NCBI GenBank assembly: GCA_963822965.1 | Contig: CAWGJT010000006.1 | Span: 416,001-480,000 of the forward strand | DNA: 64,000 bases | From: an uncultured delta proteobacterium | GTDB taxonomy: Bacteria > Myxococcota_A > UBA9160 > UBA4427 | Reading direction: 5' to 3' | Notes under the pieces: generated by a model | Databases searched by the model: none | What the model was told of the DNA's origin: nothing | Seen by the model: the letters and a program-made list of their open reading frames with translations, nothing else | Translations under genes and position numbers: made by a program | Part shown: one piece after another, positions 18,177 to 27,880 of the stretch | Position numbering within the stretch: the stretch's first letter is position 1 | Layout: each line of letters starts with the position of its first letter

Positions 18177-19261
18177 CAGCGTCCCTCCACGGCGGCCGTC
18201 GGCGGGAACGCGGTGCCCGAGACGGGCTTCAGGTAGCGATCCGCGTAGCTGGCCGCCTCGGGATGGTTCGGGCTCCGCCGGGCCAGGCGCCAGTGCTCCA
18301 TGGCCGCGTCCGACATGCCGAGCTGCTGGTAGGCGTAGCCGCACCAGACGTTGACGTCGGCGTCCAGGCGACCCACCGCCGCCCCGATGGCGGTCGCCCG
18401 TTCGCAGTCCTCGCGCCACCGGCCGTCGGCCCGGACGCCCTGCACCGCCCCGAGCACGGCGAGCTGCACGCGGTAGAAGCGACGCGCCCACTCGCGCCCC
18501 GGCGGCGGATGGGTCTCGAGGATGGCGGGCACGTCCGAGCCACCCACCTCCTCGGTCACCCGGGAGGCGAGATCGAAGTACGGCGACAGGTGGTCCGTCG
18601 CGCAGCCGTCGTCCTCGAGGCTTCGCTTCAGAGCCGTGATGGTCTGCGCCCGAGACAGCACCAGCATGCCCTCGGAGAGCGCCAGCCCGGCGATTCGCGG
18701 CCGGTGCGGGTTCAGCGCGTACCCGTTCCGCAGCACCTGGAAGGCGGTGTACTCCCGCGCCAGGTCGGCGGCCATCGCCCAGGCCGCCGCAATGTTGGTG
18801 TCGACCGGAAGGCCGGGCTTCAGGGACTCGAACACGGCAAGACGCGGGCGGACGCACCGCGCCGCGTCCCTCGGACAGCCCGCCTGGCCGGGAGCGAGCG
18901 TCTCGTAGGCATCGACGCACGCCAGCGCGGCGTCGCTCTCGAGCGACGACGGGCGCCGGGAGACCGAACGATCCACGTGCGCCGACCAGCACTCCACGGC
19001 CGTCGCCGAAGGCGTCTGGCCCAGGGCCGCACAGGGCGCCGCCTCGCCGCTGTCCTCGAAGCGCACGTGCAGGCCGGGCACCGACGGCACCACCCGGAAC
19101 GCCTCGTCGGCGGCGGCCGGTGAGGCGGGGAAGACGCCGGGCAGCAGCGCGAGCGCGGTGGTCACGCCCCACGCGAGGAGCCCGGAGCCAGCCCGGCGAA
19201 CGGCGCGCGGCGGCCGGATCGCGGAGCGGAAGTGTCGCTGGATGGTCGCCTTGGCCCGCAT
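18176..19261 (-). CDS. Secreted hypothetical protein, Cys-rich, with C-terminal TPR-like helix pair
   Basis: Long Arg-rich signal ending ASPAAA; 8 Cys; VWCGYAYQQLGMSDAAMEHW. Confidence 0.65.
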   Translation of the reverse strand: MRAKATIQRHFRSAIRPPRAVRRAGSGLLAWGVTTALALLPGVFPASPAAADEAFRVVPSVPGLHVRFEDSGEAAPCAALGQTPSATAVECWSAHVDRSVSRRPSSLESDAALACVDAYETLAPGQAGCPRDAARCVRPRLAVFESLKPGLPVDTNIAAAWAMAADLAREYTAFQVLRNGYALNPHRPRIAGLALSEGMLVLSRAQTITALKRSLEDDGCATDHLSPYFDLASRVTEEVGGSDVPAILETHPPPGREWARRFYRVQLAVLGAVQGVRADGRWREDCERATAIGAAVGRLDADVNVWCGYAYQQLGMSDAAMEHWRLARRSPNHPEAASYADRYLKPVSGTAFPPTAAVEGR

Positions 19262-19385
19262 CGTCCCCCCCAGAACGAGTGCCGCCTGCCGGCGGCGCGG
19301 TCGGCAGGACGGTATCACAGGCGCGGTGCGGCGCCTGCCCGGGCGCTCCCAAGAGGAGAACGCTCAGCGTTGTCCTCAGGTTGCA

Positions 19386-19412
19386 GGTCAGCGCCCCAGC
19401 GGGGCGCTGACC
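19386..19412 (-). terminator. 12-bp hairpin directly after the thioesterase stop
   Basis: GGTCAGCGCCCC-AGC-GGGGCGCTGACC; no clear U-tract. Confidence 0.5.
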
Positions 19413-19414
19413 GC

Positions 19415-20071
19415 TCAGGAGCCCTTGCGGCCCAGCATTCGGCCCCGGATCTCCTCGAAATCGACCCCCAGGAAGACGGCCTCGGCGTCCGCGGTGAGAG
19501 TCGCCCCCGCATGACAGGTCGCGCGCGCGATCACCCGCCGCCCCCGGTCCTCGTGGACCCAGGCCGTGAAGCGGAGCTCCTCGTCGAGGGGGGTAATGCT
19601 GCGATAGCGGACCTGCAGCGAGGCGGTCACGCCCGCCTTGCCGACGAGCTGTTGGGCCTGGCCCAGGAGATCGTCGAAGAGGGCCGCCACCCAGCCGCCG
19701 TGGACGCCGTGGGGCGGCCCCTCGTAGGCGGGGCCCAGCGTCGCCGTCGCCTCCAGGGTCCGGGAGCCGTCCTCGCCGATCGTCGGCGGCCGACTCACCA
19801 GCGGCGGCGCGATGGGATTCAGGCGGCCGCGGATCGGGCTCTGATCCGTATAGGCGCGGCGCGCGTCCGCGCTGGGGTCGCCGGGCGGCGACTCGGCGTC
19901 GTACCAGCGCGGCCGCCGCGGTCCCGCCAGGCATCGGTGCAGGGACTCGGCCAGCGCGTGCGCCTGCGCGAGCCCATCGAGGGGTACGTCGTTCCAGGCC
20001 AGGTCCGCGATCGCGGACCGCAGCTCGTCGGCCAGGGCGGCAGCCTGCTGCCGGCGTTCCGCTTCGCTCAT
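19415..20071 (-). CDS. PaaI/hotdog-fold thioesterase
   Basis: NPIAPP, YEGPPHGVHGGWVAALFDD, TASLQVRY. Confidence 0.88.
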   Translation of the reverse strand: MSEAERRQQAAALADELRSAIADLAWNDVPLDGLAQAHALAESLHRCLAGPRRPRWYDAESPPGDPSADARRAYTDQSPIRGRLNPIAPPLVSRPPTIGEDGSRTLEATATLGPAYEGPPHGVHGGWVAALFDDLLGQAQQLVGKAGVTASLQVRYRSITPLDEELRFTAWVHEDRGRRVIARATCHAGATLTADAEAVFLGVDFEEIRGRMLGRKGS

Positions 20072-20098
20072 GGATCGTCCGTCTCGCGGGTCCGGGAC

Positions 20099-21730
20099 TC
20101 AGGCGCCGGCGTCCGCGCCGTGATCTTGGACGTACTGCCTGGCCCACTTGTAGTCGGCCTTGCCGTTGACCGCGCGCCGCACCTCCTCCGCCAGGAAGAG
20201 CTGCTTGGGCACCTTGTAGGCGGCGATCTTCGTTCGCGTGAAGTCGCGCACGTCCTGGGCGGACGCGGTGGCGCCGGGCGCCAGCGAGGCCACCGCCGTC
20301 ACGCGCTCGCCGAACTTCTCGTCCGGGACCCCGACCACGAGGCAGTCGACCACGTCCGGATGGAGCTTCACGGCCTCCTCCACCTCCTCGGGGTAGATCT
20401 TCTCCCCCGCCGAGTTGATGCACTGGGAGCCGCGGCCCAGCAACGTGAGCGACCCGTCCGCCTCGACGATCGCCCAGTCTCCGGGAAACGAGTACCGCAC
20501 GCCGCCGATGGTCTTGAAGGTCGTGCGAGACTTGGCCTCGTCCTTGTAGTAGCCGATGGGAACGTTGCCCCCGGCCGCCACCATGCCCGCCTCGCCCGAG
20601 CCCGGCTCGACGAGCCTCTCGTCCTCGGTGAACACCTTCGTGGTGGGCGCCATCGCGAACTTCGCGGTCGCGCCGATGTTGCCCCGGGTCGTGATCTGGG
20701 TGCCCATGGTGCCCTCGGTGGAGCCCATGGCGTCGATCAGGATGAAGTCCTGCCACTCGAGCAGCTGCTGCTTCACCTCGGCGGTCCACATCACGCCCGA
20801 GGAGACGATGAAGCGGATCGACGACGTGTCGTAGGGACGGCCGGCCTGCCTGGCCTCCTCGAGGGTGCGCAACATGGGCTTCGCGAAGGCGTCGCCCACG
20901 ATCACGAGCAGCATCGCCTTCTCGCGCTGCGCGGTGGCCCACAGCTCGTGGGCGTCCAGGGATCGGCCCTCCAGGGCGACGACCGTCCCCCCCGCGGTGT
21001 GGGGCATCATGGTGCCGATCCAGCCGCCGGTGCCGTGCATCATCGGGCAGCCGGGAATCGAGACGGCGCCGCGCTCCTCCTTCCACGCCTGGGCGACGGC
21101 CGGCGCGATGGCGGCGGCCTCCTGGGGCATGCCCAGGCCGAGTACGGGAAAGATCGAGCCGATGAACGACTGGACCATGCCGCCCATGTTGTACATGACG
21201 CCTTTGGGCATGCCGGTGGTGCCCCCGGTGTACAGCATGTAGACGTCGTCCTCGGAGCGCCGGATGCGGGGCGCGGGCTCGTACGACGCGAGCAGCTTCT
21301 CGTAGGACGCGGCCCCGGCGATGGACTCGCCGCCGTCGTCCACCTGGATCCAGAGCCGGATCTTCGGGCAACGGTCCATCACCCGCGCGACCCGGTCGGA
21401 CAGGCTGGTGTGGAAGACCAGGGCCTCGGCGTCCGAATTGTCGAGCAGGTAGAGCAGCTCGTCGTCCAGGTAGCGGTAGTTGATGTTGATCGGAACGTGC
21501 CGGCCCTTGAAGGCCCCGAACTGCACCTCGGAGTACTCGCAGCCGTTGTAGAGGTAGAGACCGACCTTGGCGTCCGGCGCCAGGCCGGCGTCCGCGAAGG
21601 CCGCCGCCAGCCGCGCGGCGCGCTCGTCCCACTGCTGCCAGGTCACCCGGCGGGTGCCACAGACGAGCGCGGGGTTGTCACCGATGGCGTCGGCGATGGA
21701 TTCCCAGACGGTGGCGAAGTGCATCTCCAT
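20099..21730 (-). CDS. Acyl-CoA synthetase (FadD19-like); in frame with the upstream crotonase ORF
   Basis: MEMHFATVWE after AGGAG; YTGGTTGMPKG, GSTEG, GRGSQCINSAGEKIYPEE, NGKADY. Confidence 0.9.
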   Translation of the reverse strand: MEMHFATVWESIADAIGDNPALVCGTRRVTWQQWDERAARLAAAFADAGLAPDAKVGLYLYNGCEYSEVQFGAFKGRHVPININYRYLDDELLYLLDNSDAEALVFHTSLSDRVARVMDRCPKIRLWIQVDDGGESIAGAASYEKLLASYEPAPRIRRSEDDVYMLYTGGTTGMPKGVMYNMGGMVQSFIGSIFPVLGLGMPQEAAAIAPAVAQAWKEERGAVSIPGCPMMHGTGGWIGTMMPHTAGGTVVALEGRSLDAHELWATAQREKAMLLVIVGDAFAKPMLRTLEEARQAGRPYDTSSIRFIVSSGVMWTAEVKQQLLEWQDFILIDAMGSTEGTMGTQITTRGNIGATAKFAMAPTTKVFTEDERLVEPGSGEAGMVAAGGNVPIGYYKDEAKSRTTFKTIGGVRYSFPGDWAIVEADGSLTLLGRGSQCINSAGEKIYPEEVEEAVKLHPDVVDCLVVGVPDEKFGERVTAVASLAPGATASAQDVRDFTRTKIAAYKVPKQLFLAEEVRRAVNGKADYKWARQYVQDHGADAGA

Positions 21731-22492
21731 GAACCTTGGGGGCTCCTGCTTCCGATCCGCGAAAAGGTCCGCGGTGCCGGCTCGAGATGATGGCACAGGC
21801 CGCTGCCCGGAGCCGTGGCCGGCGTGGGGCTCGAGCACGGAGAGCGCCCGACGATGGAGGCTCCGCTTGAGCGCCCCGTACGTTGCACGATCCTTGCCCG
21901 CGAGGGGCACCACGCGAGCCAGGCTCCGGCGGAAGAGCGCCTTCGCCCCGCTGGCCTCGTCTACCAGCCCGAGCGCCGCGGCCTCGCGGCCTCCGTAGCG
22001 CTGGCTCGAGCGCAGCACCGGCTCCCGGACGTGCGGCGCGAGCTTCTGGTGCACCAGGGCGGTCATGGCGAGCTCGAGGGATGGCCCGGGATCGGCCTGC
22101 ACCCGGCACCAGCGGGCGCGGTCCGCGCGCATACACTGGAAGTCGCACGCCAACGCGATCCCCGCACCGATCCCGAAGGCGTCTCCCCCCACGGCCGCGG
22201 CGGACGGCACGGGAAACGCGAGCAGCCGTGCGAGCAGCGCGATGGCGCCGCCGACCACGTCCGCCGACGGAGCGCGCATCGCTTCGGGATCGAAGCCCGG
22301 GCAGAACCGCCCCCCAGTGCCGGTCACCACGAAGCAGGCGTCCCCCCTGGTCGCCTCGAGCCGATCGAGGCAGCCGTGGAGCTCCTCGACGAACGTCGCG
22401 TCCACCCGACCGTCGCCGTGCAGGCGCACCCGGAACGCCCCGTCCCCGACACCCTCCAGGCTCGCCCGGGTCACCGCCTCGAGCCTCGCCAT
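21731..22492 (-). CDS. Enoyl-CoA isomerase/hydratase domain; no stop codon before the synthetase
   Basis: FCPGFD, GDAFGIGAGIALACD, YGGREAAALGLVD; ATG at 22492 after AGAAGGA. Confidence 0.7.
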
Positions 22493-22638
22493 CGCAGGGT
22501 CCTTCTCATGGAGTGCTTCTCTCTGAGCTTCTTCTCATGGTCGAGGTGTCGCGAGCGCGGCGCGTCCCCCCCGCCCGGCGGGCGGGAACACGGCAGACTA
22601 TGCTCTTCCGTTCGCGGACGCCGGCGGAGAACGAGCAC

Positions 22639-23232
22639 ATGAAGGGACCCCGGGTCGCCGTCGTCACCTCCCTCGCCCTGGCCGCACTCGCGGGCCTGCA
22701 GCTCGCGGTGTGGGGCGCCGGGGAGGAGGGAATCCGGGTGCTGGTGCGCTCGAGCGCGCGCAGCTCCGTGCTCCTCTTCGCCCTCGCCTTCACCGCCTCG
22801 AGCCTGCGGACCTTCTGGCAGAACGGCGCGACGAAGTGGCTCCTCGCGAACCGCCGCTACCTGGGCATCTCGTACGCCGTCTCCCACGCCATCCACCTGC
22901 TGGCGCTGGTGGCGCTCTACGACGCGTCGAGCGAGTTCGCCACGGCCCTCTCCCCGATCACCGTGGTGGGCGGCGGAATCGCCTACGCGTTCACGGCGGC
23001 CATGGCCCTCACCTCGAGCGACGCCGCAGTGGCCGCGCTGGGACGCCGGCGATGGAGCCTGCTCCACACCGTCGGCGGCTGGTACATCTGGATCATCTTC
23101 GCCCAGAGCTATCTGCCCCGCGCCTTCCTGTACCCCGCCTACCTGCCCGCGGCGTTGGTGGTGCTGGCCGTGCCGGCGCTGCGCTTCGCGCGCCGCCTGC
23201 GGCGGGGCGTGAGCCGCCCCCAGGCCGCGTGA
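22639..23232 (+). CDS. Ferric-reductase-like (MsrQ-like) transmembrane protein
   Basis: NRRYLGISYAVSHAIH, ALTSSD, WSLLHTVG; RBS GGAGAA; TATGCT -10-like element at 22599-22604. Confidence 0.75.
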   Translation: MKGPRVAVVTSLALAALAGLQLAVWGAGEEGIRVLVRSSARSSVLLFALAFTASSLRTFWQNGATKWLLANRRYLGISYAVSHAIHLLALVALYDASSEFATALSPITVVGGGIAYAFTAAMALTSSDAAVAALGRRRWSLLHTVGGWYIWIIFAQSYLPRAFLYPAYLPAALVVLAVPALRFARRLRRGVSRPQAA

Positions 23233-23665
23233 CCCCATCCGACCCCGGCGGCGTCGGTCGCCGACCCATGGCGGATCGGGCCGCAGCCGCCCGGGGGGGG
23301 CCGCTGTCGGGGCCCGCAGAGCCGTCGGATTCTGCTGGCCCGGCGCGGCGCGGGCGGCGGCCCTCACGCGGGCCGGCGGGGGACCGGCGGCAGGTCACCG
23401 GACGGGGAGCGGCACCTCGAGGGCAATCCGGCCCTCGGACCCCGCCGATCGTGACACCCGGCGGACCTCCGGGTCGACCCACGAACGGGGCACCCGAGTG
23501 ACCGGCGGCCACTCCCGATTTAACCCCTCGAACGACCAATTCTATTGCAGGAACGAGCCCTTTCGTGCTCAAATGGCCGCACTCCCCCGCTCGCAGTCAC
23601 GAACCGGACGAAGCCGGCCCCACGAACCCGGCCCGGCCAGAAGACAGGAAAGGCACCCGCCCATC

Positions 23666-26600
23666 ATGGAACGCACCCGATTCTCGTCGCTGCTCGGCGC
23701 ACTCGCCGCGACCGCTCTTGTCGTAGGCCTGGCGCTGCCGGCCCTCGCTCAGCGTGACTTCCTGACCTTCGAGAGCGGGCCCGTACGCCCGGTGGCGCTG
23801 TCTCCCGACGGAACCCGGCTCTTCGTCACGAACATCCCGGACGACCGGCTCGAGATCTTCGACGTGGTGGCCGGCGTGCTCACCCACACCGGCTCGGTGC
23901 CCGTCGGCATGGAGCCCGTGGCGGTCGCCGCACGCACCAACGACGAGGTTTGGGTGGTGAACCACCTGTCGGACAGCATCAGCATCGTCGACCTGACGGC
24001 GACGCCGCCCACCGTCACGCGGACGCTGCTGGTCGGCGACGAGCCGCGCGACATCGTGTTCGCGGGTACCGGCGGCAACCGCGCGTTCATCACCACCGCG
24101 CACCGCGGCCAGCAGCGCACCGACCCCTCCATCGCGAGCGTTCCGGGGGCGGGCGACCCGCAGCTCACCACCGAGGGCATCGGTCGGGCGGACGTGTGGG
24201 TCTTCGACGCCACGAGCCTCGGGAGCACGATCGGTGGCACGCCGATCCGCATCCTCACCTTCTTCGGCGACACGCCGCGGGCCCTGGCGACGACGCCCGA
24301 CGGCAGCACCGTCTACGTGGCCGTCTTCCAATCGGGCAACCAGACCACCTCGATCATCGAGACCTCGGTGTGCGACGGCTTCGACTCCGCCAGCCCCTGC
24401 AACATCAGCGGCTCGACGGCGCCGGGCGGCATCCCCGGACCGAGCGACAACGCCGATGGCGCGCAGGCGCCGGAGACCGGGCTGATCGTCAAGTTCGACG
24501 GGTCCAACTGGCGGGACGTCGCCGGCCGAAACTGGAGCCCCCTCGTCCGCTTCGACCTGCCCGATCACGACGTCTTCTCGATCAACGCCAACACCCTCTC
24601 GTCGGGCTCGGTGGTCGAGTACGACCACGTGGGCACGATCCTCTTCAACATGGCGGTGAACCCCGTCAGCGGGAAGGTCTACGTCACGAACACCGAGTCG
24701 CCCAACAACGTGCGCTTCGAAGGCCCCGGCAACCACGGCGGCAGCACCGTGCAGGGCCACCTCTCCGAGAGCCGCATCACGGTGCTCGACCCCGCCGGCC
24801 CGTCCGTCGACCCCCAGCACCTGAACCAGCACATCGACTACAGCAAGCTGCACACCGACGTGCCGGACCTCGTCGACACCGCCGCCCGGAACCACAGCCT
24901 CGCCACGCCGCTGCAGCCGGTGGTCTCGAGCGACGGCAACACCATCTACATGGCGGCGTTCGGCTCGGCCAAGATCGGCGTGTTCTCGTCCAGCGCCATC
25001 GAGGACCCGAGCTTCGAATCGAACTTCGACCCGACCGTCGCCAGCGCCAGCTATCTCTCCGCCCCCGGCGGCGGGCCGGCCGGCCTGGCCCTGGACGAGG
25101 GGAACGACCGGCTCTACGTGCTGACGCGCTTCGACAACTCGGTCTCGGCCATCGACCTCACGAGCGGCATCACCGCCCAGACCATCGCCCTGCACAACCC
25201 GGAGCCGCCCAAAGTCATCGAGGGACGGCCCTTCCTGTACGACGCCTTCAACACGTCGGGCAACGGCGAGGCGTCCTGCGCGAGCTGCCACATCTTCGGC
25301 GACCTGGACGGGGTGATCTGGAACCTCGGCGACCCGGACGCCAGCGTCTCCACGAATCCCAACCAGCCCCAGGTGATCGGGTCCCAGACGCCCTTCCATC
25401 CCATGAAGGGCCCGATGACGACCCAGACCCTGCGCGGCCTGCAGTTCGACGGCGGCATGCACTGGCGCGGCGACCGGGTGAACGGCTTCTTCGGGATCGA
25501 TCCGTGCACCGATTCGCTGGCCTCCGCGTGCAACGAGGACTTCTCGTTCCGGAACTTCATCGTGGCCTTCGAAGGCCTGGTGGGGCACGACGGCGTGATC
25601 GCCACCTCGGACATGCAGAAGTTCGCCGACTTCGCGCTCGAGATCGTGCTGCCGCCGAACCCGGTGCGCGCCCTCGACAACTCGCTGAACGCCACCCAGG
25701 CCGAGGGCAAGAAGCACTACTTCGCGGCGGGCGAGATCGGCGCGCCGCCCGGCGCGGACGGCGCAGGCAACGACGCCGGCGTGCTGAGCTGCAACCAGTG
25801 CCACACCCTGCGGCCCTCGATCGGCGCCTTCGGCACGGGCGGCTCCCAGAGCTTCGAGGGCGAGACCCAGGAGTTCAAGATCCCGCACCTGCGCAACGCC
25901 TACGCGAAGGTCGGCATGTTCGGCATCTCGAGCGCCGGAGGCGTCAACCTCGGCCCGCAGGTGCGCGGCTCGGGCTTCCTGCACGACGGCGCCGTGGACA
26001 CGCTCAAGAACTTCCTCTCCTCGAGCGTCTTCAACCTGACCAACACCGAGGAGCTCCAGCTCGAGCAGTTCGTGCTCGCCTTCGACAACGACATCGCACC
26101 CATCGTGGGCCAGCAGGTGACCCTCGACGCCACCAACGCGGGGGTGGTGGGACCGCGCATCGACCTGATGATCCAGCGCCAGGACGCGACCTTCGATTCG
26201 CTGCTGCTCTTCGGGACCCAGGGCGAGTGCGAGGTGGTGGTCAAGGGCAACATCGGCGGTGCGCTGCGGGGCTTCGTGCGCCTCTCGAACGGCATGTTCC
26301 AGGACGACCTGAACAACCTCCACACGGACGCCGAGGTGCGGGCCTTCGCGGTGAGCGACGGTCCGCTCACGTACACCTGTGCGCCCCCCGGCTCCGGCCA
26401 GCGCATGGGCATCGACCGGGACGGCGACGACCTGAGCGACGGCGTGGAGACGGCGACCGGGATCTACGTGGGCCCGAACGACACGGGCTCGGATCCGGCG
26501 AACCCCGACACGGACGGGGACGGCACGCCCGACGGCCTGGACCCCGACCCCAACAACCCGAACATCAGCCTGACCACCGTGCCGCTGCTCGACGGCGGAT

Positions 26601-26677
26601 CGCTGGTGGTCTACGCCCTGGTGCTGCTGGCGACGGGCTTCGTGGTGAGGCGACGGCTGGGCTTCCAGGCTCGCTGA
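23666..26677 (+). CDS. Large secreted YVTN/YncE beta-propeller plus di-haem cytochrome c protein, with TSP3-like Ca-binding repeats and an IPTL-CTERM-like tail
   Basis: Signal peptide; LSPDGTRLFVTN and PVGMEPVAVA repeats; CASCH and CNQCH; DRDGDDLSDG and DTDGDGTPDG; tail VPLL-hydrophobic helix-RRR. Confidence 0.85.
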   Translation: MERTRFSSLLGALAATALVVGLALPALAQRDFLTFESGPVRPVALSPDGTRLFVTNIPDDRLEIFDVVAGVLTHTGSVPVGMEPVAVAARTNDEVWVVNHLSDSISIVDLTATPPTVTRTLLVGDEPRDIVFAGTGGNRAFITTAHRGQQRTDPSIASVPGAGDPQLTTEGIGRADVWVFDATSLGSTIGGTPIRILTFFGDTPRALATTPDGSTVYVAVFQSGNQTTSIIETSVCDGFDSASPCNISGSTAPGGIPGPSDNADGAQAPETGLIVKFDGSNWRDVAGRNWSPLVRFDLPDHDVFSINANTLSSGSVVEYDHVGTILFNMAVNPVSGKVYVTNTESPNNVRFEGPGNHGGSTVQGHLSESRITVLDPAGPSVDPQHLNQHIDYSKLHTDVPDLVDTAARNHSLATPLQPVVSSDGNTIYMAAFGSAKIGVFSSSAIEDPSFESNFDPTVASASYLSAPGGGPAGLALDEGNDRLYVLTRFDNSVSAIDLTSGITAQTIALHNPEPPKVIEGRPFLYDAFNTSGNGEASCASCHIFGDLDGVIWNLGDPDASVSTNPNQPQVIGSQTPFHPMKGPMTTQTLRGLQFDGGMHWRGDRVNGFFGIDPCTDSLASACNEDFSFRNFIVAFEGLVGHDGVIATSDMQKFADFALEIVLPPNPVRALDNSLNATQAEGKKHYFAAGEIGAPPGADGAGNDAGVLSCNQCHTLRPSIGAFGTGGSQSFEGETQEFKIPHLRNAYAKVGMFGISSAGGVNLGPQVRGSGFLHDGAVDTLKNFLSSSVFNLTNTEELQLEQFVLAFDNDIAPIVGQQVTLDATNAGVVGPRIDLMIQRQDATFDSLLLFGTQGECEVVVKGNIGGALRGFVRLSNGMFQDDLNNLHTDAEVRAFAVSDGPLTYTCAPPGSGQRMGIDRDGDDLSDGVETATGIYVGPNDTGSDPANPDTDGDGTPDGLDPDPNNPNISLTTVPLLDGGSLVVYALVLLATGFVVRRRLGFQAR

Positions 26678-26719
26678 GGAAGAGGCCGAGCAAGAGAGAC
26701 CGGCGCGAGCGAACGGCCG

Positions 26720-26759
26720 GCGGCGACGGGCGCGGACGCGGCTCCGCGCCCGTCGCCGC
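26720..26759 (+). terminator. 17-bp perfect hairpin after the cytochrome gene
   Basis: GCGGCGACGGGCGCGGA-CGCGGC-TCCGCGCCCGTCGCCGC; no U-tract. Confidence 0.55.
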
Positions 26760-26863
26760 GGCGTCTCCGCACGGGACTGACGCCGCGATCCGGGCTACGC
26801 TCGCCGGCCGCCCGCCCCCACGGACGACCCCGAAGCGCCACAGCCTCCCCGGACCGAGCCAGG

Positions 26864-27880
26864 ATGGACACGGAAGCCACCCTCAGCGAGGCATGCGACC
26901 AGATCGCAGCGTGCCGCGACGCCGACGCCCTCAAGGACGTCGAACGCCACTACCTCGGGCGCAAGGGCGTCGTCGCCGCGGCCCTGGCGACGATCGGCGG
27001 GCTTCCGCCCGACGAGCGCAAGGCGGTGGGACAGAGCGCGAACCGCCTGAAGCAGGCCATCCAGGAGCGGGTGGACGCCCGCGCCGCGGAGCTCGAGGCC
27101 ACGCGCCTCGCCGCCGAGCGCTCGGGCGCGGGCTTCGATCCGACCCTGCCGCCGGCCCGGCTCGAGACCGGCTCCCTGCATCCGGTCACCCAGGTGACCC
27201 GGGAGCTCGAGGATCTCTTCCTGTCCATGGGCTACAGCGTGCTCGACGGCCCCGAGGTGGAGCTCGACCACTACAACTTCGAGGCGCTGAACATCCCGCG
27301 CGACCATCCGGCCCGGGACAGCCACGACACCTTCTTCTGCGACGACGAGGGCCGGCTCGTGCTGCGGACCCACACCTCGCCGGTGCAGGTTCGCGCCATG
27401 GAGCAGCTCGCCCCGCCGTTCCGGGTGATCGCCCCGGGGCGCTGCTTCCGCCAGGAGACCACCGACGCGAGCCACGACCACACCTTCTACCAGATGGAGG
27501 GCATGGTGGTGGGTCGCGATGTCTCGGTGGGGCACCTGATCGGCGCCATGCGCACCCTGCTCCGCGGCATCTTCCGGCGGGATCTCGACGTCCGGCTGCG
27601 ACCCGGGTACTTCCCCTTCGTCGAGCCGGGCTTCGAGCTCGACGCCCGCTGCCCGTTCTGCGAGGACGGCTGCAGCGTCTGCAAGCGCACCACCTGGATC
27701 GAGCTGCTGCCCTGCGGTCTCGTGCACCCGAACGTGCTTCGGGCCGGCGGCATCGACCCGGAGACGTGGAGCGGCTTCGCGTTCGGCCTGGGCCTCTCGC
27801 GCCTGGTGATGCTGCGCTACGGGATCGACGACGTGCGCCACCTGTTTGCGGGCGACCTGCGCTTCCTGGAGCAGTTCTGA
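26864..27880 (+). CDS. pheS: Phenylalanine--tRNA ligase alpha subunit
   Basis: NFEALNIPRDHPARD, LRTHTSPVQ, YFPFVEP, GFAFGLG, DLRFLEQF. Confidence 0.98.
   Translation: MDTEATLSEACDQIAACRDADALKDVERHYLGRKGVVAAALATIGGLPPDERKAVGQSANRLKQAIQERVDARAAELEATRLAAERSGAGFDPTLPPARLETGSLHPVTQVTRELEDLFLSMGYSVLDGPEVELDHYNFEALNIPRDHPARDSHDTFFCDDEGRLVLRTHTSPVQVRAMEQLAPPFRVIAPGRCFRQETTDASHDHTFYQMEGMVVGRDVSVGHLIGAMRTLLRGIFRRDLDVRLRPGYFPFVEPGFELDARCPFCEDGCSVCKRTTWIELLPCGLVHPNVLRAGGIDPETWSGFAFGLGLSRLVMLRYGIDDVRHLFAGDLRFLEQF

Noticed and set aside
21791..21806. Sigma54-like TGGCAC...TGC
   Set aside because: The GG-to-GC spacing is off by one and it points antisense to the local genes.
23390..23505. Multi-stem region closed by GGTCAC/GTGACC, loosely resembling a c-di-GMP-I riboswitch
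   Set aside because: It lacks the GGCAAA..GNRA..GACGCAAA core, lies upstream of the AT-rich putative promoter, and such pairing is expected by chance at this GC content.
26760..26863. pheM-like attenuator or T-box upstream of pheS
   Set aside because: No Phe-rich uORF, T-box motif or U-tailed terminator is visible.
23950..27879. 2122-aa ORF and other very long Arg/Pro/Gly-rich ORFs (e.g. upstream parts of 17241..21632, 31241..35461, 12634..14988)
   Set aside because: These are stop-poor shadow frames of real genes in high-GC DNA. Only their terminal parts (pheT, lipoprotein, carboxylase, permease) carry family motifs.
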